Source: Candidatus Nealsonbacteria bacterium
GTDB lineage: Bacteria; Patescibacteriota; Minisyncoccia; Minisyncoccales; RBG-13-42-11
Length of the DNA stretch: 64,000 nt
Direction of reading: 5' to 3'
Assembly: GCA_026396115.1 (NCBI GenBank)
Contig: JAPLXL010000001.1
Span: 2,761-66,760, forward strand
The position numbers and the translations under genes are program-made. A model generated the notes under the pieces. It saw nothing but the letters and a program-made list of their open reading frames with translations, had not been told where the DNA came from and did no database searches. Shown one piece after another: positions 17,410-26,305 of this stretch (position 1 is the stretch's first letter; each line of letters begins with the position of its first letter).

Positions 17410-17469
17410 CTCAATGAATTTTCAATTCATTTCAATCTTCGATGTTCAATAAATTTTTAATTTATTTCA
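17410..17469 (+). repeat. Family-2 double-hairpin element abutting the pnp start codon
   Basis: AATGAATT-TTC-AATTCATT ... AATAAATT-TTT-AATTTATT TCA, then ATG. Confidence 0.75.
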
Positions 17470-19602
17470 ATGAATAAAGAAATTTTCAAACTAAATATTG
17501 GCGGAAAAGAGTTAAAGGTTGAAGTCAGAAATTTAGCCGAACAAGCTTCAGGCGATGTTTTAGTTCAGTATGGAGAAACTATGGTTTTGGCGACAGCAGT
17601 TATGTCAAATTACGAAAGAGAAGGAATAGATTTTTTTCCTTTAACGGTTGATTACGAAGAAAGATATTATGCCGCCGGCAAAATTCTGGGCTCAAGATAT
17701 ATCAGAAGAGAGAGCCGGCCTTCAGACGAGGCCATTTTAACTTCAAGATTTATTGACAGAGCAATAAGACCAAGATTTCCCAAGCACTTAAAAAAAGAGG
17801 TTCAGGTAGTAGTTACTTGCCTTTCCTGGGACAAGGAAAACGATCCCGACATTATTGGTTTGCTTGCTGCTTCCCTGGCCTTATCTATTTCTAATATTCC
17901 TTGGTCAGGCCCGATAGCAGTTTTAAGGGTTGGCAAAAACGAAAAAGATTTTATTCTTAATCCTATTTATCAAGAAAGAGAAAAAAATGATCTGGATTTG
18001 GCAATAGCGGGGGTGAAATCTCATGAAATTTTAATCAATATGATTGAAATGGAGGGAAGCGAAGTAACAGAAGATATGATTTTAAAAGCAGTAGATTTTG
18101 CTAAACCTACTCTTGAAAAACTGATTGATTTTCAAAAAGAAATTGTTAAAAAAGTTGGCAAGGAAAAAGATAAAATAGAAACACCTGCAAAGGATTTGGA
18201 ACTGGAAAAAGAAATTAAAGATTTTCTTGGCTCAAGATTAGAAAAAGCTCTTTTCCGAAAAGACAAAGTTAGCCGAATGGATGAAGTTAATGCCTTGAAA
18301 GAAGAATTGATTTATTATATTCAAGGAAAATATCCTGTTGGTAGGGGCAAAGAGGATAAATCCTCTTCTTTACCCTTAGCTGCGGCTCGGGTTTTTGAAG
18401 AAGAAATAGAAAAATTAGTTCATGAAAATGTTATTAAATTTGAAAAGAGGCCTGACAATAGAAAAATTGATGAAATAAGAAATATCCAATGTGAAGTGGG
18501 ACTATTACCCAGAACCCATGGCTCCGGTCTTTTTATTAGAGGACAAACTAAAGCTCTCTCCATTTTAACCTTGGGGGCACCGGGGGATGTAAGGTTGCTT
18601 GAGGGAATGGAAGCAACCTACAAAAAAAGATTTATGCACCACTATAATTTCCCTCCTTATTCTGTCGGAGAAGTAAAACCAATGAGGGGGCCGGGCAGAA
18701 GAGAAATAGGACATGGAATGCTGGCAGAAAAAGCTTTAATGTCATTGGTCCCCAGTTTTGATGATTTTCCTTATACCATTAGAATAGTCACCGAAATTCT
18801 CTCGTCTAACGGTTCAACCTCGATGGCCTCTGTTTCAAGTAGTTCTCTGGCCTTAATGGATGCCGGAGTGCCAATAAAAAGACCGGCTGCCGGAATTGCT
18901 TTAGGATTAATGCAGGACAATAAAGGAGATTACAAAATTTTAACCGACATTCAGGGACCGGAAGATCATCACGGCGACATGGATTTCAAAATCGCCGGGA
19001 CAGAAAAAGGAATTACCGCCATTCAAATGGATGTTAAAAATGATGGAATTGACAAAGAAATTTTAGAAAAAACCTTGTCTCAAGGAAAAAAAGCAAGGCT
19101 TCAAATTTTAAACGAAATGGCAAAAGTAATTTCAAAACCAAGGCCAGAACTATCGTCCCATGCTCCCAGAATATTGATATTACAAATAAATCCTATTAAA
19201 ATAAGAGAAGTGATTGGTCCTGGCGGAAAAGTAATCAATGAAATTATTGATGAGTGTGGAGCTTCAATAGACATTGAGGACTCGGGCAGAATTTTTGTAA
19301 CAGCCGAAAGGGAAGAGGCAGCAAAAAAAGCCGTTGAAAGGATAAAGAACATTACTCGCGAAGTTAAGGTAAACGAAGTTTTTCAGGGAAAAGTTAAAAG
19401 AATTTTGGATTTTGGAGCTTTTGTTGAAATTTTGCCCGGACAAGAAGGATTGGTTCATATTTCTCAATTGGCTCCTTATCACGTCAATAAAGTGGAAGAT
19501 ATTGTTAAGACGGGGGACATTATCCCGGTTAAAGTAATTTCAATTGACGAACAGGGAAGAATAAATCTGTCTCTCAAAGAGGCAAAAAGTAAGCCCCGTT
19601 AG
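17470..19602 (+). CDS. pnp: Polyribonucleotide nucleotidyltransferase (PNPase)
   Basis: Two RNase PH-like halves, then KH and S1 at the C-terminus. It carries an in-frame family-1 repeat insertion at 18346-18393. Confidence 0.95.
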   Translation: MNKEIFKLNIGGKELKVEVRNLAEQASGDVLVQYGETMVLATAVMSNYEREGIDFFPLTVDYEERYYAAGKILGSRYIRRESRPSDEAILTSRFIDRAIRPRFPKHLKKEVQVVVTCLSWDKENDPDIIGLLAASLALSISNIPWSGPIAVLRVGKNEKDFILNPIYQEREKNDLDLAIAGVKSHEILINMIEMEGSEVTEDMILKAVDFAKPTLEKLIDFQKEIVKKVGKEKDKIETPAKDLELEKEIKDFLGSRLEKALFRKDKVSRMDEVNALKEELIYYIQGKYPVGRGKEDKSSSLPLAAARVFEEEIEKLVHENVIKFEKRPDNRKIDEIRNIQCEVGLLPRTHGSGLFIRGQTKALSILTLGAPGDVRLLEGMEATYKKRFMHHYNFPPYSVGEVKPMRGPGRREIGHGMLAEKALMSLVPSFDDFPYTIRIVTEILSSNGSTSMASVSSSSLALMDAGVPIKRPAAGIALGLMQDNKGDYKILTDIQGPEDHHGDMDFKIAGTEKGITAIQMDVKNDGIDKEILEKTLSQGKKARLQILNEMAKVISKPRPELSSHAPRILILQINPIKIREVIGPGGKVINEIIDECGASIDIEDSGRIFVTAEREEAAKKAVERIKNITREVKVNEVFQGKVKRILDFGAFVEILPGQEGLVHISQLAPYHVNKVEDIVKTGDIIPVKVISIDEQGRINLSLKEAKSKPR
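18346..18393 (+). repeat. Family-1 mini-element, in-frame inside pnp
   Basis: GGCAAAGAGGAT-AAA-TCCTCTTC TTTACCCTTAGCTGCGGCTCGGGTT; 48 nt encoding GKEDKSSSLPLAAARV. Confidence 0.75.
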
Positions 19603-19637
19603 AAATGATATTTCTAAATGGGTAAATAATAATTCAT

Positions 19638-19739
19638 AAACCGAGCCCCGAGTAGTGGGGCGAAGTCGAAGAAGATTCCTTCTTCTCCACCTCAGCTGAA
19701 GCTTCGGTAGGTGAAGAAGAGGACGAAATCCTCTTCGCC
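19638..19739 (-). repeat. Family-1 mini-element, long form, inverted orientation
   Basis: Positions 19661-19721 are 61/61 identical to 59671-59731. It ends 15 nt before the ATG at 19754. Confidence 0.9.
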
Positions 19740-19753
19740 AAACATAATTAAGA

Positions 19754-22700
19754 ATGGAAGAAGAAAATAAAAAACTAGAATTTTTGAAAAAAGAGAAAGT
19801 CAGAACAATGCAAAAAGATATTGCCAGCTTGGAAGAATTGGGGAGCCAAAGAGAAAGTGAGGAGAGAGAAGAGGTCGCGGTTGAAAAAACAGAAGAAAAA
19901 ATAGAGGCTGTGGCCAAAGAGGAAGAAAAAGAAAGACAAGAAAAACTTGAGAAACTTTTGGCAGAAAAAAGAGCGGCAGCACAGGCAGAAATAGAAAGAG
20001 CAAAAGAAGAAGAGGAAAGGAAGAAAATTGCTGAGGAAGAAATGAAAAAAAGAGTCGCCGAAGAAGAAGAAAGAAGAAGAAAAGAAGAAAAGCTCTTGGC
20101 AGAAAGAACCGAGGAGGAAAAAATAGCTGAAATTGATAAAGAAATTGAAAATATCGGCCTGGAAAAAAAGAGAGTAAACGAAGAAAAGGAGCGATTTTTA
20201 GCTGGGATTAAAAATTTTGAAATTCAATTAGAACCGATTTTGAAGGAAGAGGAGATTATTGAAAATAAAATTTTGGAAATTGAAGAATTAGAAAAAACAG
20301 CTCCTTTTGAAAAAAGAAGTCAAATTGAAAAGAAAAGATGGGAAACGGATGCCAAAAGACGAGATATTGAAAAAACAAAATGGTCAATCCAGGAAGAAAT
20401 AGAAAAAACGGAAGAAAAAATTAAAACGATTGAATTAAAATACCAGGAAGTTTTAAAAAAGGAAGAAAGATTCAAAGCAGAAAAGGAAAAAATTTTCCGA
20501 AAAAGACAAGAAAAAGAATCGACTCGGGAAAAATCTCTCTTGAAAAACGAAATTTTTCAGTTAATCGACGAGAAAAAAATAATAGAAAACAAAGAAAATG
20601 AACTTTTGGCAAAGAAAAACAGAATTGAAACTGAGTTAAAAGAACTTTTAAAAGAAGAACAAATTACCGAAGAGGTGATTAGAGATATTGAAAAAAGAGA
20701 AAAAGAAATTTCGGATCCAAAAGAGCAAAGAAAAGTTGAAAAAGACAGGTGGAAAGTTGAAGATGACAGAAAAACATTGGAAGGAAAAAGATGGGAATTA
20801 GAACAAGAAAAAAAAGATTTTTCCACTGAATTAAAAAAGATAGAAGAAGAATATCAGAAAATTTTGGAAAAAGAAACCCCTTTAAGAGAAAGATTAAAAG
20901 AAATTAATCGTTTATTAAGAATATCTCCGGGAGAGGAATCTCTAGAAAAAGAGGAGGAAAAAGAGGAAATGATAACGGAAGATAAAAAAAAACTTTTTGA
21001 AAAACTTGAAGAAGAAAAAACAACAATAGGATTAGAAAAAAGAGCAGTAACACAAGTCCCCACACCAAAATTTGATAGTGAGGAGCAAATAGAAATAGAA
21101 AGGGCAAAAGAGAAAGAGGAGAGGAAGAAAATTGCTGAAGAAGAAATGAGAAAAAGAATCGCCGAAGAAGAAGAAAGAAGAAGAAAAGAGAAACTTTTGG
21201 CAGAAAAAAGAAGATTAGAGGAAAATCAAATAAAAATAACCGAAGAAAATCCTCCTTTTGAAAATTCAGAAGTCAAAGAGGATAAATCCTCTTCTTCAGC
21301 CACCGAGCTTTCGCACAGCGAAAGTGAAGGTGAAAAAGAGGCTCGCCTCTTTGACTTCGCTGCGACTCGGACAATAAAAGAAGAAACATCGGAAACTTTA
21401 ATTCCCAAATTACCCAAAAAACCTTCTCCTATTCAAAAAATCTTAATTAGGGCTTTAATATTTGCCATTCTTTTATCTGTAATTGGATTTCTTTACTGGT
21501 TTTTTACGGTGAAAAAAGTTGAACAGCAGAAAATAATTCTGCCGCCGGAAGAAAAAAAAGAGGAAGAAAGGAACAAATACCCGGAAATTATAATTCCTGC
21601 TTCCTTAATTTCAGTAGACACTACAGAAACTCTGGAAATTATGAATTCTTCAGAAATTCCAGGGTTGCTCCCTCAACTTCTGGAAAAAACCTTTGAAACA
21701 GGAGAATACATCAGAATTTTATTTAAGAATATAAACGAAAATAAGGTTGTCGGTCTAAAAGAGTTTTTTGAAGCTTTTGAAGTTAAAACTCCCGAAAAGC
21801 TTTTAGAAAAACTGAACAACGATTTCACTTTATTCATTTTTTCCAGTGGAAATAAAAACCATTTAGGTTTTGTAACTAAAATTGAAAACAAAGAAAACCT
21901 TCTAAATTCATTGTTCTCCTGGGAGGCAACAATGGAAAAAGATACAGAAAAACTCTTTGAAGTTTTGGGCAAAGAAAAGCCGGCTCTGTCTTCAAGTTTT
22001 AAAACCAGTTTCCACCAAGAAATAAGTTTTAGATTTTTAACCATTTCTCAAGAAGATTTTGGAATTTGTTATGCCTGGTTTGATGATTATTTTGTTTTTA
22101 CCTCTTCCTTTGAAAACATAAAAAAGACAATTGATTTAATAAAGGCCAGCACATTGGAAAATCAGGTTGGTCAGATGTTTATTATTGGGTTTGAAGGCAA
22201 AACTGTTACTCCTCAATTAGAGGAGTTTTTTCATAAATATAAACCTGGAGGTATCCTTTTGCTGTCAAAAAACATTGAAAGCGCAGAACAATTAAAAAAA
22301 CTTACTAAAGACCTCCAAAATCTTTCTTTAAGAGAAACCGGTCTTCCTCTTTTTATTACTATTGACCAAGAGGGCGAAATTATCTCCAGAGTGGATTTTC
22401 TCCAAGAAAAAACCCTTCAGTCAGAAATTGAAGACACAGATGAAGCTTATCAGATTGGCTTGACAAGGGGCCAAGAATTAAAAGAATTAGGAATTAATCT
22501 TAATCTGGCTCCGCTGTTAGATGTTACCGAGGAAACAGATTTTTTATTCAATCGCTCTTTTCAAAAAAATGCAGCCAGAACCGGAAATCTGGCAAAGTCT
22601 TTAATTGAAGGACAAAAAACAGCAAACATTTTAACTGCTGTCAAACACTTCCCGGGATATGGCGGAATTTCTTTTAACCCGGAGGAAACTTTAGCTAAAA

Positions 22701-23101
22701 CAGAAACATTGCCAGAAATATTTCAATTCAAAAAAGCAATTGAGGCTAACCCTGAATTTATCATGACCGCCAACATGGTTTATAAAAATCTTGACCCAAA
22801 TCTACTCTTTACATTCTCTCCGACAGCTATCCAATTTTTAAAAGACAATTTGGGCTCTGAAATTATAATCATTAGCGACGATTTAGCCCAAAAGTATCTC
22901 TTGGCAAATTTTTCTTTAAAAGATATAATGATTAAACCAGTTCAGGCTGGTGTAAATCTTTTAATTTTTTCCGGCTGGGAAATAAGCGTTTCTGAAGGGT
23001 TAGATATTTTTTTTGATACTTTTAAAAAAGGAGGGGTTTCTCAATCTAAAATTAAAGAATCGCTATCAAAAATTATTAAAATAAAAGAGAGATTAATGTA
23101 A
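19754..23101 (+). CDS. Large membrane protein: Glu/Lys-rich coiled-coil N-terminal half, TM segment, C-terminal glycoside hydrolase family 3 (NagZ-like) domain
   Basis: The C-terminus has GQMFIIGFEGKTV...GGILLLSKNI...KHFPGYGG. There is a TM segment at ILIRALIFAILLSVIGFLYWFF and an internal duplication ERAKE.EERKKIAEEEM.KR.AEEEERRRKE. Confidence 0.75.
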   Translation: MEEENKKLEFLKKEKVRTMQKDIASLEELGSQRESEEREEVAVEKTEEKIEAVAKEEEKERQEKLEKLLAEKRAAAQAEIERAKEEEERKKIAEEEMKKRVAEEEERRRKEEKLLAERTEEEKIAEIDKEIENIGLEKKRVNEEKERFLAGIKNFEIQLEPILKEEEIIENKILEIEELEKTAPFEKRSQIEKKRWETDAKRRDIEKTKWSIQEEIEKTEEKIKTIELKYQEVLKKEERFKAEKEKIFRKRQEKESTREKSLLKNEIFQLIDEKKIIENKENELLAKKNRIETELKELLKEEQITEEVIRDIEKREKEISDPKEQRKVEKDRWKVEDDRKTLEGKRWELEQEKKDFSTELKKIEEEYQKILEKETPLRERLKEINRLLRISPGEESLEKEEEKEEMITEDKKKLFEKLEEEKTTIGLEKRAVTQVPTPKFDSEEQIEIERAKEKEERKKIAEEEMRKRIAEEEERRRKEKLLAEKRRLEENQIKITEENPPFENSEVKEDKSSSSATELSHSESEGEKEARLFDFAATRTIKEETSETLIPKLPKKPSPIQKILIRALIFAILLSVIGFLYWFFTVKKVEQQKIILPPEEKKEEERNKYPEIIIPASLISVDTTETLEIMNSSEIPGLLPQLLEKTFETGEYIRILFKNINENKVVGLKEFFEAFEVKTPEKLLEKLNNDFTLFIFSSGNKNHLGFVTKIENKENLLNSLFSWEATMEKDTEKLFEVLGKEKPALSSSFKTSFHQEISFRFLTISQEDFGICYAWFDDYFVFTSSFENIKKTIDLIKASTLENQVGQMFIIGFEGKTVTPQLEEFFHKYKPGGILLLSKNIESAEQLKKLTKDLQNLSLRETGLPLFITIDQEGEIISRVDFLQEKTLQSEIEDTDEAYQIGLTRGQELKELGINLNLAPLLDVTEETDFLFNRSFQKNAARTGNLAKSLIEGQKTANILTAVKHFPGYGGISFNPEETLAKTETLPEIFQFKKAIEANPEFIMTANMVYKNLDPNLLFTFSPTAIQFLKDNLGSEIIIISDDLAQKYLLANFSLKDIMIKPVQAGVNLLIFSGWEISVSEGLDIFFDTFKKGGVSQSKIKESLSKIIKIKERLM
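21271..21372 (+). repeat. Family-1 mini-element, in-frame inside the 1115-aa gene
   Basis: GTCAAAGAGGAT-AAA-TCCTCTTC ... GCTTTCGC-ACA-GCGAAAG ... CTTTGACTTCGCTGCGACTCGG; 102 nt encoding VKEDKSSSSATELSHSESEGEKEARLFDFAATRT. Confidence 0.75.
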
Positions 23102-23104
23102 AAA

Positions 23105-23215
23105 AACAATATTCAATGAATCTTCGATTGTCGAGCTTCCGAAGGAAGCGAAGATGAAGAAGAGATTTATCTCTTCGACTCATCTCACTTTTCAATAAAT
23201 TTTCAATTTATTTCA
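23105..23215 (+). repeat. Family-2 element carrying a nested 51-nt family-1 insertion (23130-23180)
   Basis: With 23130-23180 removed, the sequence aligns with the reverse complement of 39508-39565 (ttcaatgaatcttcgatt|catctcac.tttcaataaattttcaatttatttc). Confidence 0.85.
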
Positions 23216-23605
23216 ATGGATAAAAACTTGATAAATCAATTAAAAGAAAAATTAGAGAAAGATAAAAAAAATATTGAAAAACAGCTTGAAAAATTTGCCA
23301 CTAAAGATGAAAAACTCAAGGACGACTGGGATACTCGTTTTCCCCGTTTTGATGGCAGAGAAACAGGGTCAGCTGCCCTGGAACAGGCAGCTGACGAAGT
23401 AGAAGAATACAGCACTCTTTTACCTATTGAATATAGCTTGGAATTATGGTTAAAAAACATTAATTTAGCTTTGGAAAAAATCAAAATTGGCAAATACGGA
23501 ATTTGCGAAAAATGCCAAAAAAGAATCAAAGAAGAAAGACTCAAAATTTATCCTGTTGCCCAATATTGCTTAAATTGCAAAAAGCCCAAGAAAACTCAAG
23601 CTTAA
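23216..23605 (+). CDS. DksA/TraR-family C4 zinc-finger protein
   Basis: CEKCQKRIKEERLKIYPVAQYCLNC (CxxC-N17-CxxC) at the C-terminus. Confidence 0.8.
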   Translation: MDKNLINQLKEKLEKDKKNIEKQLEKFATKDEKLKDDWDTRFPRFDGRETGSAALEQAADEVEEYSTLLPIEYSLELWLKNINLALEKIKIGKYGICEKCQKRIKEERLKIYPVAQYCLNCKKPKKTQA

Positions 23606-23617
23606 ACATTTTTTTTT

Positions 23618-23773
23618 ATGGAAAAAGAAGAAAATGTAATTAAAAAAATGGTAGAAAATCTTCCGCCTCGGCCTCAACCGTTTAAAAAAGTCTTCAATCG
23701 GATTATTTTAGTTTTTGCGGTAATAGTTTTAATTCTTTTTCTTAGTGTTATCATTCTTCTTTTTCGAGGCTAA
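23618..23773 (+). CDS. Small (51-aa) single-TM protein, not in the ORF track
   Basis: Own translation: MEKEENVIKKMVENLPPRPQPFKKVFNRIILVFAVIVLILFLSVIILLFRG. Confidence 0.4.
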   Translation: MEKEENVIKKMVENLPPRPQPFKKVFNRIILVFAVIVLILFLSVIILLFRG

Positions 23774-23811
23774 ATCATTGTTTTCTTTCTTTTCACTGAT
23801 ATAATTAATAA

Positions 23812-23935
23812 TCAAAGAGGACTTCGTCCTCTTCTCCACCTTCGCTTCCATAAATGGAAGCTCGGTAATAGAATAGAAAGTCGAAGAAAATAAAATTTTT
23901 TTCTCCATCTTCGTTCCGTAAACGAAACTCGATAA
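23812..23935 (+). repeat. Two tandem family-1 units ending at the start codon of 23936
   Basis: Unit 1 is CAAAGAGGAC-TTC-GTCCTCTTC TCCACCTTCG CTTCCAT-AAA-TGGAAG CTCGGTAAT. Unit 2 is GTCGAAGAAAA..TTTTTCTCC ATCTTCG TTCCG-TAAA-CGAAA CTCGATAA, then ATG. Confidence 0.85.
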
Positions 23936-25993
23936 ATGATAGAAACAATTAAAGAAAAACTTAAATCAGCTATCTCTTTTTTTAAAACACGGGAGTTTTC
24001 TGAGCGGTCAGCTCTTTTGACCACCATCTTGGCTTTTGTTCTAATTTTAGTGGTGTTTTTCTTAATTATAAGGGTCGTTTTACCCAGAACCAAAGTTGAA
24101 ATCAATATTTCGGGACCGGAAACAGCAAAAGTCGGAGAAGAAATAACTTATACCGTAACTTGTAAGAACACAGGGAATGTTGTTTTAAAAAATCCGGAAT
24201 TGGTTTTTAATTATCCGTCTTTTTCTCTGCCGGAAAAAAGTTTAATCGAGACAATAATATTAGGAGAATCTCTTTACCCCAACGAAGAGAAAGTGCTTAA
24301 CTTTAAAGCGCAGCTTTTTGGAACGGAAGGCGAAAGAAGAGAAGCCAAAACTTGGTTGAATTATTCTAAGGGAAAGCAACCAGCAATAAAAATGTCAAAA
24401 GTTGCCAATTTTTCTAGTCTTATTTCCGAAGTACCAATAGATTTTATTTTGGATATCCCTAAAAAAATTCCAATATCTCCCAAAACGGAAACCGAGTTCA
24501 TTTTTAGGCTAAGATATTTTTCCTTAATTGACCACACTATTTCCAATTTAAAACTATCTATAAATTTTCCTTTTGATTTTACTTTTAAAGAATCAATGCC
24601 TCCAAAGACGGAGGAGCAAAAATGGGAAATTCCAAAATTAGAATATCTTGGCGGAAAAGAAGCGGAAATAACAGGATCTTTTCCCCAGGGACAAGAGATC
24701 GGAAAAGAATTAGATTTCAGCGCTCAATTATTCATTAATCTTAACGGCCAAGACGTTTTATTAAAAGAAGTTTCGGCCCGCTCTGTCACCTATGAACCCA
24801 ATTTCTTGTTTTCTCAAAAAATTAATAATCAAGAAAAATACTTTCCCTATTCCGGAGAAAGACTCTATTACGAAATTTATTTTAAAAATATCCAAGATAA
24901 GCCTTTGAGAGATCTGGTTTTAACTACTGTTTTGGAAGGAAATCTTTACGATCTGTCTACCATTGAAACTCCTTTGGGAGAATTTCCCAAAGGAGGAAAC
25001 TCTATCTCTTGGAATGGAGAAAAAATTCCCCAGCTTAGATATTTAACGCCTGGCGAAGAGGGCAAGGTAGAATTTTGGGTCCAATTGAAAGAAGATTTCA
25101 AACCAAAAGATTTAACTGAAACCAACGCCTTAATAAAAAATAGGGTAATCTTGGCCGGTTTTGAAGCAGAATTTAGAAACCGAGTTAATTCTCAAATAAA
25201 AATCTCTCAGGAAGGTTATTTTAAAGACAAATATGGATTTTTTGAAAACCCCGGCCAACATCCTCCTCAAGTAAACGAAACTACTAATTATACAATTGTT
25301 TGGAAACTTGAAAATTATTATAATTGGATAGAAAACGCCATAATCAAAGCCACCCTTCCTTCGGGAGTTTATTTTAGAAGCGTTAAACCCACCCATGGAG
25401 AAATGAAGGTTATAACGGATCCTCTTCAAATGAAAGGTTCTTATCCGGAAATTCCAACAACCTTCAGGTTTGAAAAACCATTATACGAAGGACTAAGCAG
25501 CGAAGAGGTTCGGTATCTCCAAATTATACTTAAAAGAGAGGTTCCTTATTGGTATCCGGCAAATGTGCCAACTACCGGTTATTTCGGAAGAACAACTCTT
25601 GCTGCTGTAAAAGGCTTTCAAGAAAAATACAGAAAAGAAATATTAGAGTCTCAAAATCTCGAAAATCCCACCGGCTATGTTGACGAAGTGACACGGCTAA
25701 AACTTAATGAATTATTAATTAAAGGGATGCCTTTGGGTCCTACCGAAGTAATTTGGGAAATCGAAAATATCAATCCCGGAGTGGGAGTTTTAGAAGATCC
25801 CTGGATTGCTGCTTTCCAAATCGCTTTTGTTCCTGATTTAATTCAGAGAGGGAAAATCGCGACGCTAATTAACGAGGTTATATTTTCAGCAAAAGACCAA
25901 TGGACGGAAATGATCGTTTCTTCAAGCGACGAACCAATAGATACTACCCTGCCCGATGATCTTACCGTAGAAAAAGTGGGAAAAATTCGCTAA
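23936..25993 (+). CDS. Membrane-anchored protein with repeat-fold domains and a peptidoglycan-binding (PG_binding_1-like) module
   Basis: N-terminal TM segment. GEEITYTVTCKNTGNVVLKNPELVF resembles a DUF11-type repeat. LSSEEVRYLQIILKRE...GYFGRTTLAAVKGFQEKY is PG-binding-like. Confidence 0.65.
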   Translation: MIETIKEKLKSAISFFKTREFSERSALLTTILAFVLILVVFFLIIRVVLPRTKVEINISGPETAKVGEEITYTVTCKNTGNVVLKNPELVFNYPSFSLPEKSLIETIILGESLYPNEEKVLNFKAQLFGTEGERREAKTWLNYSKGKQPAIKMSKVANFSSLISEVPIDFILDIPKKIPISPKTETEFIFRLRYFSLIDHTISNLKLSINFPFDFTFKESMPPKTEEQKWEIPKLEYLGGKEAEITGSFPQGQEIGKELDFSAQLFINLNGQDVLLKEVSARSVTYEPNFLFSQKINNQEKYFPYSGERLYYEIYFKNIQDKPLRDLVLTTVLEGNLYDLSTIETPLGEFPKGGNSISWNGEKIPQLRYLTPGEEGKVEFWVQLKEDFKPKDLTETNALIKNRVILAGFEAEFRNRVNSQIKISQEGYFKDKYGFFENPGQHPPQVNETTNYTIVWKLENYYNWIENAIIKATLPSGVYFRSVKPTHGEMKVITDPLQMKGSYPEIPTTFRFEKPLYEGLSSEEVRYLQIILKREVPYWYPANVPTTGYFGRTTLAAVKGFQEKYRKEILESQNLENPTGYVDEVTRLKLNELLIKGMPLGPTEVIWEIENINPGVGVLEDPWIAAFQIAFVPDLIQRGKIATLINEVIFSAKDQWTEMIVSSSDEPIDTTLPDDLTVEKVGKIR

Positions 25994-26015
25994 AAAATTA
26001 AAAAATATATGAAAC

Positions 26016-26058
26016 CAACCCCCCACCTTTATATTAGTGAGGGGTTGTTGTTAAATTT
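26016..26058 (+). terminator. Hairpin terminator after gene 23936-25993
   Basis: CAACCCC-N18-GGGGTTG followed by TTGTTAAATTTT. Confidence 0.5.
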
Positions 26059-26069
26059 TACCAATCAAT

Positions 26070-26207
26070 TAGAATAAAATATGCCTTCAAAAGTTTTTTC
26101 AGCCGCTCTCACGGGCTTAAACGCTCAAATTGTTGAAGTAGAAGTAGATGCTTCTTACGGCCTTCCATCTTTTTTTAAGTTATGGACAACATCCCAACAA
26201 TTATCTC
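26070..26207 (+). pseudogene. Duplicated 5' fragment of the comM/yifB-like gene (first 31 codons, then out-of-context tail)
   Basis: 26070-26162 matches 27881-27973 with 1 mismatch in 93 nt. The reading frame terminates at 26207. Confidence 0.85.
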
Positions 26208-26305
26208 AGGTTTGAGTTGGAAGTGAAGGTTTAAAAAACAAAAATGCCCGGCAATGGGCTTTTGGAATAGAGTCTGTTCGAACCTGTTTGATGGCTAATT
26301 AGTCC

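Noticed and set aside
19540-22044. Several minus-strand ORFs (19540-19917, 19800-20003, 20557-20826, 20854-21107, 21226-21417, 21673-22044) opposite the 1115-aa gene
   Set aside because: They are the mirror image of GAA/AAA-rich codons (F/S/L-rich translations), so they are shadow ORFs of the Glu/Lys-rich gene.
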